A stretch of 64,000 nucleotides of DNA from Eledone cirrhosa (Eukaryota), in NCBI GenBank assembly GCA_964016885.1, contig OZ024743.1, forward strand, positions 330,584,001 to 330,648,000, in the 5' to 3' direction. This document shows, one piece after another, positions 54,799-64,000 of this stretch. Both the position numbers and the translations under genes were made by a program. Below the pieces are notes generated by a model. The model was given only the letters and a program-made list of their open reading frames with translations, ran no database searches and had not been told where the DNA came from. Within the stretch, counting starts at the first letter, position 1. Each line of letters begins with the position of its first letter.

Positions 54799-55709
54799 AA
54801 GACAATGGGATGGCGGAGTTTCTTTGAGATGCTGGCTGGAGTGCTCCAGGGAGATACATTGGCTCCCTACCTTTTTATCATCGCAGTGGACTATTGTATG
54901 CGCCTTGCAGTGGAGAAACACCAGGACTCTGGCTTTACTGTAACATTGGCTCAGAGCAGGAGAGTTAATGCGAAAAAGATATCAGATGCTGAATATGCCG
55001 ACGCCATAGATCTGGTGACAAACAGAGTGAAGGAGGCAGAGGAGTTGATGCAGGAGGTGAAGACTGTGTCGATGAGTGTGGGGCTGAGAATGAATGAGAT
55101 TAAGACGAAGTATCTAGTAAAGAATATTAGGAAGCCAGAGAAGATTATGAATGTAGGCGGGAAGCCGCTAGAATTGGTTGAGGACTTCCTGTATCTGGGA
55201 GCAAAGATTGGAAACACAGAGGATGCTGTGGTTAAGAGGAAGAGCAAAGCCTGGGTGGTGTGCCACAGTTTGAGATCGGTCTGGAAGTCGGACCTTCGTA
55301 AAGACCTGAAGATCCGTCTCTTCGTTGCTACAGTGGAGTCTGTGCTGCTGTATGGGTCTGAGACTTGGACACTGACCAAGAAACCCACTCAGATGGTGGA
55401 TGGGTGCTACACGAGAATGCGGAGGATGGCTCTGAACACTGAGGATAAAGAACTCAGAGCTGTACGGGAGCCTCCTGAAAGTCAGCTCGAAGGTGGCACG
55501 GAGGAGACTGAGGTTAGCTGGACATGCTCACCGAGTTGACACTGCACTCAGTGCTCCTGTGGGAGCCCCTACACGGACACACTATAAGAGGGAGAACGAG
55601 GTTCATATATGTTGATGCCCTAAGGACAGACACCGGACTCTTGGAGACGCAGGACATGACAGCGATGATGAGGGACAGAGACCGCTGGAGACAACTCATC
55701 CATGAATAA
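54797..55709 (+). mobile_element. RTE-clade LINE fragment (RT C-half to 3' end), disabled
   Basis: [68 protein letters not shown]. Confidence 0.92.
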
Positions 55710-55882
55710 AAGAAAATACAAGATCAATTAATTATGATTTATCCAACATATTCCCCTCTCAAATCCACTCATTAATTCTAACAGACCTTCAGTTTTTTCT
55801 GATACCTGTAAAAAGTACTGTAAAAAGAAATGTGTGCCTCTAACCAGGTCCTTAAATACCCAGAAACATTTCAGCACCCTCT

Positions 55883-55945
<63 letters not shown>

Positions 55946-56059
55946 TATCCCGGGTTCAATTGGGAGTAACCATAGTAAGTAAGGTACTCAATACATATAT
56001 ACATACATATATACATAATACATACATACATACATACATACATACATACATACATACAT

Positions 56060-56117
<58 letters not shown>

Positions 56118-56258
56118 GGTAAAAATACACCACACAGAAATAATTTAAAGATTATTTTTTCTTTAATCCAACAGAATAAATAATATTATAATTGTTTCAT
56201 TAAATGTAATCGGTGTTGATTGACTTAACAATCTTATCAAATATTAGATATTAAATGT

Positions 56259-56302
<44 letters not shown>

Positions 56303-56324
56303 ACATTTAATATCTAATATTTGA

Positions 56325-58086
56325 TAAACGCGCTCATATATTCACCTAGCTTATGCTAAACAGAATAATTTTTGAAGCTTGTTTCTTTCCCCTACGGTTA
56401 GCTATACTCTTTGTTGTTCTCCTGTCTCACTCGCTTTACACGTTTCAATTGTCCTAATAACTTATTTTGGTTATTATTGCACCGACGTGAGGTATATGAT
56501 TTTTAATGCAATGAAATATCTATGATCGTCGGCAAATCACTGATGAGGGACTCATTTTATTACATGTTATCCATGTGCTACCTGCAGTATTTTTCTCTAT
56601 ATTTTATTACATATATTTACCACTGCGATTCTGTGTTTTTTTCTCTCTCTCTCTTACTGTTCCCCCATTCTCGCTGCTTCTCCCCCTCTGTCATGTCAGT
56701 TAACTCTTTCTCACACTTTCACTCACTCACTGTTTCTCTTCTCTTCATTTCATCCTGTACACCACGAAGGCTATTTTTCTCTCTTCTCACATAGCCTTCG
56801 CTCGTGTCGGGTCTGTTCTAAACGCGCTCATATATTCACCTAGCTTATGCTAAACAGAATAATTTTTGAAGCTTGTTTCTTTCCCCTACGGTTAGCTATA
56901 CTCTTTGTTGTTCTTCTGTCTCACTCGCTTTACGCGTTTCAATTGTCCTAATAACTTATTTTGGTTATTATTGCACCGACGTGAGGTATATGATTTTTAA
57001 TGCAATGAAATATCTATGATCGTCGGCAAATCACTGATGAGGGACTCATTTTATTACATGTTATCCATGTGCTACCTGCAGTATTTTTCTCTATATTTTA
57101 TTACATATATTTACCACTGCGATTCTGTGTTTTTTTCTCTCTCTCTCTTACTGTTCCCCCATTCTCGCTGCTTCTCCCCCTCTGTCATGTCAGTTAACTC
57201 TTTCTCACACTTTCACTCACTCACTGTTTCTCTTCTCTTCATTTCATCCTGTACACCACGAAGGCTATTTTTCTCTCTTCTCACATAGCCTTCGCTCGTG
57301 TCGGGTCTGTTCTAAACGCGCTCATATATTCACCTAGCTTATGCTAAACAGAATAATTTTTGAAGCTTGTTTCTTTCCCCTACGGTTAGCTATACTCTTT
57401 GTTGTTCTCCTGTCTCACTCGCTTTACGCGTTTCAATTGTCCTAATAACTTATTTTGGTTATTATTGCACCGACGTGAGGTATATGATTTTTAATGCAAT
57501 GAAATATCTATGATCGTCGGCAAATCACTGATGAGGGACTCATTTTATTACATGTTATCCATGTGCTACCTGCAGTATTTTTCTCTATAATTTATTACAT
57601 ATATTTACCACTGCGATTCTGTGTTTTTTTCTCTCTCTCTCTTACTGTTCCCCCATTCTCGCTGCTTCTCCCCCTCTGTCATGTCAGTTAACTCTTTCTC
57701 ACACTTTCACTCACTCACTGTTTCTCTTCTCTTCATTTCATCCTGTACACCACGAAGGCTATTTTTCTCTCTTCTCACATAGCCTTCGCTCGTGTCGGGT
57801 CTGTTCTAAACGCGCTCATATATTCACCTAGCTTATGCTAAACAGAATAATTTTTGAAGCTTGTTTCTTTCCCCTACGGTTAGCTATACTCTTTGTTGTT
57901 CTCCTGTCTCACTCGCTTTACGCGTTTCAATTGTCCTAATAACTTATTTTGGTTATTATTGCACCGACGTGAGGTATATGATTTTTAATGCAATGAAATA
58001 TCTATGATCGTCGGCAAATCACTGATGAGGGACTCATTTTATTACATGTTATCCATGTGCTACCTGCAGTATTTTTCTCTATATTT

Positions 58087-58090
<4 letters not shown>
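56325..58090 (+). repeat. 494-bp tandem repeat, about 3.6 near-identical copies, ending at (TA)n
   Basis: Identical ORFs at 56522 and 57016; CCGACGTGAGG at 56482, 56976, 57470 and 57964. Confidence 0.97.
56482..56532 (+). ncRNA. Kink-turn stem-loop (one per 494-bp unit; homologue on minus strand at 15817-15867)
   Basis: CCGACG-T-GA-GGTAT..ATATC-TAT-GA-T-CGTCGG versus CCAACC-T-GA-GGTAT..ATACC-AAT-GA-T-GGTTGG; two compensatory pairs. Confidence 0.65.
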
Positions 58091-58136
<46 letters not shown>

Positions 58137-58141
<5 letters not shown>

Positions 58142-58312
58142 AACCAGTAAGACCCCGACAGCTGAGCTCAAGCCGTTTCCAGAATTAGCCGTCGAAACAG
58201 CTTGAGCTCAGCTGTCGGGGTCTTACTGGTTCCTATTACCCACTCTACTACCTCAATTATTGAGTACTTTGGTGCGTTATGGTCCACCTGGTTCCTTACC
58301 ACTTTTCCTTCG

Positions 58313-58314
<2 letters not shown>
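58137..58314 (+). mobile_element. Foldback (58137-58236) plus tail in (TA)n; tail homologous to 6435-6514
   Basis: AGGAACCAGTAAGACCCCGACAGCTGAGCTCAAGC / GCTTGAGCTCAGCTGTCGGGGTCTTACTGGTTCCT; CGAAACAGCT at the centre. Confidence 0.75.
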
Positions 58315-58389
<75 letters not shown>

Positions 58390-58649
58390 AGAATGAATGA
58401 AAAACATGTTTTTAATATTTAAGATTTAATATCTAACATTTGATAACATTTTTACACCAATTGACACCGATTACATTTAATGAAACAACTAGAAAATTAT
58501 TCTTATTGTAGGATTAAAGAAAAAATAATCTTTAAATTATTTCTGTGCATTTTTTCATATATACGGTATATATATAGAGAGAGACTTAATCTATCACCGG
58601 GTGTAAGACCAATATGCGACACTTGAGGGCCTTTGCTTTGTTATTCGGG

Positions 58650-58860
58650 TTAAATGGTTGGATAAGATCCACGAGCTTGGCTGGTGTCGCTTGGGGAACG
58701 AGCCGGTTGCTTCTGATAGGACCTGCTGGAAGAAAGATGGTTTGAGGACTCTGCCACCACGAGCCTCTCAGGAATAAGTGGGCGAAGAAGAAGAAGAAGA
58801 AGAAAAACAACAACAACAACAACAGCAGCAGCAGCAGCAGCAGCAACAACAACAACAACA
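58650..58860 (+). mobile_element. Probable RTE-type LINE extreme 3' end with (GAA)n(CAA/CAG)n tail
   Basis: WLDKIHEL..ASDRTCW resembles the RTE terminal W.D.I..A.DR..W motif. Confidence 0.5.
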
Positions 58861-58884
58861 CCTACATCATATCTTCTTTCTAAT

Positions 58885-59105
58885 TAATGGTTTTTGATTC
58901 AAGCACAAGGTCAATAATTTTTGGAGGAGACGAGTAAAGTTGATTAAATCGACCCAGGAGCGTTACTGGTACTTTATTTTATCGTCCTCGTAGGGATGAA
59001 AAGCAAAGCTAACACCGGTCGGATTTGAACTCAGAACATAAAGGGACATAACTATATGTGGCAAAGCATATTGCCCAACGCTCTACCAATACTGCCAATC
59101 CACCT
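58885..59105 (-). mobile_element. Full-length tRNA-derived SINE
   Basis: GCACAAGG..TACTGGTACTTTATTTTATCG..GGATTTGAACTCAG..CTCTACCAATACTGCCAATCCACC. Confidence 0.85.
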
Positions 59106-59413
59106 CACTTGTTTTTAATTTATCACTTGAGGAACATTAAACAGCCTTGTTAAAGATGTACATTAACAAACTACAAACTTTCTGTGATTATTTTCCCTAT
59201 AAGTCTACATTTAATAACCCCAATGTCGCTATTTAAGTTCTTTTTCATGTCACTTTTTTATTTCCGTAAAATCTAAATTAATAAATTTAGTTACCGCGAT
59301 GAAAGAATGAGGTTCACGGTTATGATTTACACTCCCTTTAACAAGGAAGGCAAGAGAACGAGAGTCCCCGTGTTTTCTAGTTGAAATATATCCGAATAGT
59401 GATACATTTCAAC

Positions 59414-59982
59414 TATTCTCGGGTCTCGTCTACACGTCACCGCACCCGCTTATTAATTTTTTAGACCCCCCTCCCCCCCCACACACACACACTTATTTTT
59501 TTTTAAAGATTTCTTCCAAACTTACCACACCCCAAAGCTTATTAAATTTTGCTAATCAGGTGAAATTTTATTTTAAGTGGTAGCATTCCTGCGACAATTA
59601 ATTTTCTTTATACATTAAAAAACATTATAGTACTTTACTAGAAATCTCATACGTTATAAAATAAATAGGATGTGTTGGAGGTCTCAATATGAAAACTAAA
59701 CGACTAATTCTGTTTTGTTTTTTTTAAATCAATGGAGACAACCTAAAAAAATTACCGATTTTCCAACCCCGCCGCCATTCCAACTCCTTCGCTTATTCCA
59801 ATTCCCTGCTTATTCCAACTCCCTCCCTTATACCAGCTCGCCCGCTTATACCAGCTCACCCGCTTATTCCAACTCTCCCCTACTTATACCAGCTCCCCCA
59901 CTTATTCCAACCCTTTCCCCCGTTTATTCCAAACGTCCACTTATTCCAACCCTCTTCCCCTATTATTGGGGACCCGAGAGTA
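59414..59982 (+). mobile_element. MITE family copy with TIRs and CTTATTCCAA subrepeats
   Basis: TATTCTCGGGTCTC..GGGACCCGAGAGTA; internal homology to 4741-5111. Confidence 0.75.
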
Positions 59983-60656
59983 AAATAAAACAGTGAACGA
60001 GCTTCTTTGGTTACAGTAATTACATTTATTTAAACAACCATATTTCCTCATGGATTATTTCTTACCGACATAAAACCCTCACCTCTTTCCTCTAACAATT
60101 CTAAATGGGCATGAGAGTGAGAAGAGGGGGAGGGGGAAACCTCTAAACACTTGGCTGTGTGATATACTTCAGCTGCTCCTGCGCCACACGAACAAGATGG
60201 CGGAAGCATTGCGACGGAGAACTGCAACCAACGACATCCGCTTTATACATCAATTAATACAGACCTTCACGTCAACATAATACAACAAAGTATCATCATT
60301 AATGCCTGGCAGCTTTATTGTTGAACGTAGAGAAGGTGACTTTAGTTCATAAATTCTGGGATTAGTTGCAGTGTTTTCAATAAAGCATACACAAGCTAGT
60401 CTCAATTATTTTGATTTCATTATTACGACAGATTTATGGCGTCTTTCTCTTCCTCTGTCAACAACACACCGGTTTTGTTTTAGTCTTGTATTCTTTTATT
60501 CTATCAATTCCTTCCACTCATTAGACTGCGGCCATGTTAAGACATCGACTATAATGCGAGTTTTCTTTTTTTTATAAATCAATCATATTGAGCCCAGCAC
60601 AGTAATAATTTTTGTTGAACCGTGAATTATGGGATATAAGCACACACACATATATC

Positions 60657-60745
<89 letters not shown>

Positions 60746-60924
60746 TTATGTATATATGTGTGTGCGTGTGTATCTTTATATATATCTTTATTTTATACAG
60801 AAATAACTTATACAGGACCAGAACTGTTTCATTCGTATAAAATCATCCCTTCTTTTATTGTTGCCACCTCCCGATCTCCTTCGCGAATCTAGCTATTATA
60901 TATATATATATATATATATATATT

Positions 60925-61190
60925 TAAAGGTTAAACAAGGTTCAATGAATAAATCAATGAATAAAGTTTTACAATAGATTAGAAGCATTCCACAGTTTTG
61001 GTTTTCCGGAGTTATTAATATTAATTCAAAATATTAACAAATATAGACATTCGTGTGATCAAGTATATTTTATTATACATATTTCAGAGGTACTGAGTTA
61101 TCTTCAACAGTACGTCCTCATCAGTACCTCTGAAATATGTATAATAAAATGTACTTGATCACACGAATGTCTATATTTGTTAATATTTTG

Positions 61191-61195
<5 letters not shown>
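60925..61195. mobile_element. Foldback (61022-61195) plus tail in (TA)n
   Basis: TAATTCAAAATATTAACAAATATAGACATTCGTGTGATCAAGTA and its reverse complement; CTGATGAGGAC on the minus strand at the centre. Confidence 0.75.
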
Positions 61196-61229
<34 letters not shown>

Positions 61230-61283
61230 GTAAATGTATGTAAATATATAAATTTGTTAAACGTGTGCATATATATATAAACG

Positions 61284-61348
<65 letters not shown>

Positions 61349-61355
<7 letters not shown>

Positions 61356-61748
61356 ATCAAAAGATGGTTAAAAGAGTTCCATGTATTTTATTATGCGCAT
61401 TTCAAAAACAAATATCATGCAATAACATTTGCGTTTTCGTTAGATAAAATAGGGAGACATGATATGAAGGTTAAAACACACTTGTGAATAGTGCAGTTTT
61501 AAATCAACATATTTTAAATCAACTGCACTATTCACAAGTGTGTTTTAACCTTCATATCTGACGAAAACGGAAATATTATTGCATGATGATATTTGTTTTT
61601 GAAATGCGCATAATAAAATACATGGAACTCTTTTAACCATCTTTTGTTCTTATATATTATTTATACTCCAGTCCTACAAACTGTAGAGTGTTTCTTATTC
61701 GATATCTTCATTGCTTTATTGTACTACAATAAAACTCACCTCCTACAT
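61349..61748. mobile_element. Foldback (61349-61655) plus tail in (TA)n
   Basis: CAAAAGATGGTTAAAAGAGTTCCATGTATTTTATTATGCGC / GCGCATAATAAAATACATGGAACTCTTTTAACCATCTTTTG. Confidence 0.75.
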
Positions 61749-62109
61749 ATATATATACACACGTTTACCAAATTACACTGATAAGGCAATGGTCAACCGA
61801 AAAAACATAAGCTCAATGTGCTTTTGGGGAGGACGGAACTCAGAACCTCGTAGATGTGAAGCGAACTCCTTAACTACAAAGTCAAGATTTAGTTAATAGT
61901 TTATTTTTAACTTCTCAGTTATATATAAAACTGATATTAGAATTATTTACAATTGACATAACTTAAAGGACAAAGATATGAGAACAATACTGTATTACTT
62001 TCTATCACGTGGTTTGCTGTCTATGTGTTGCACTTTCTGTTTGGTGACGTCATCATACTGTAAGTCTTTTGGTACAATGTGTCGCCATCTTGTCTCAGTC
62101 TCTTTCCGT

Positions 62110-63091
<982 letters not shown>

Positions 63092-63182
63092 AACACACAT
63101 GCACTGATACTCTCTCTGTCTGTCTCTCTCTTTCTCCTTCACTTTCTAACATACATATTCACCCCCCCTCCTCACTGTCTTT

Positions 63183-64000
63183 CACACACACATACACAGA
63201 CAGAGGTAGCCACACACACACACACAGACAGAGGTAGCCACACACACACACACAGACAGAGGTAGCCACAGACACACACACAGACAGAGGTAGCCACATA
63301 CACACAGACAGACAGAGGTAGCCACACACACACAGACAGACAGAGGTAGCCACACACACACACACAGACAGAGGTAGCCACACACACACACACAGACAGA
63401 GGTAGCCACATACACACAGACAGACAGAGGTAGCCACACACACACAGACAGACAGAGGTAGCCACACACACACACACAGACAGAGGTAGCCACACACACA
63501 CAGACAGACAGAGGTAGCCACACACACACAGACAGACAGAGGTAGCCACACACACACACACAGACAGAGGTAGCCACACACACACAGACAGACAGAGGTA
63601 GCCACACACACACAGACAGAGGTAGCTACACACACATACACAGACAGATGTAGCCACACACACACACACAGACAGAGGTAGCCACATAGACACAGACAGA
63701 CAGAGGTAGCCACACACACACACACAGACAGAGGTAGCCACACACACACACACAGACAGAGGTAGCCACACACACACAGACAGACAGAGGTAGCCACACA
63801 CACACACACAGACAGACAGAGGTAGCCACACACACACAGACACAGACAGAGGTAGCCACACACACACAGACAGACAGAGGTAGCCACACACACACAGACA
63901 GACAGAGGTAGCCACACACACACATACACAGACAGAGGTAGCCACACACACACACACAGACAGAGGTAGCCACACACACACAGATAGACAGAGGTAGCCA
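63183..64000. repeat. About 28-bp minisatellite (GAGGTAGC(CA)n(CAGA)n), runs off the window
   Basis: GAGGTAGC at 63203, 63231, 63259 and onward. Confidence 0.95.

Larger units (their letters stand above)
56116..58560. repeat. Diverged about 140-bp inverted arms (56116-56260 and 58415-58560) enclosing later insertions
   Basis: CACAGAAATAATTTAAAGATTATTTTTTCTTTAATCC / GGATTAAAGAAAAAATAATCTTTAAATTATTTCTGTG. Confidence 0.8.

Noticed and set aside
56482-56546. SECIS element or box C/D snoRNA
   Set aside because: K-turn polarity is opposite to SECIS; a downstream CTGA exists but no upstream box C was found
56522-57288. Duplicated 90-aa ORFs
   Set aside because: Broken by a stop in the third unit and low in complexity

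Overview
AT-rich animal DNA made almost entirely of microsatellites and retroelement debris. The SINE families and repeat landscape suggest a coleoid cephalopod such as Octopus (inference). No intact host gene can be supported, and most long ORFs in the track are simple-repeat artefacts. Recognisable elements: a near full-length but disabled L1/Tx1-type LINE (19986-25503) plus four 3' fragments; an R4/Dong-type RLE LINE fragment; CR1 and RTE fragments; two Penelope-like elements (PLEs) with C-terminal GIY-YIG domains and minimal hammerhead ribozymes; tRNA-derived SINEs; and a TIR MITE family. Four observations stand out. (1) A 494-bp tandem repeat (56325-58090) has a diverged relative at 15737-16363, and the two share a canonical kink-turn stem-loop with compensatory substitutions. 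(2) Many sequence-unrelated foldback palindromes sit in (TA)n with a shared short arm / long arm plus tail layout, the same layout as the PLE at 13237-15015. (3) A 51-bp minisatellite of about 73 copies arose from a conserved coding motif inside an RTE LINE. (4) A SINE is split by templated inverted copies, one of them matching DNA 43 kb away.
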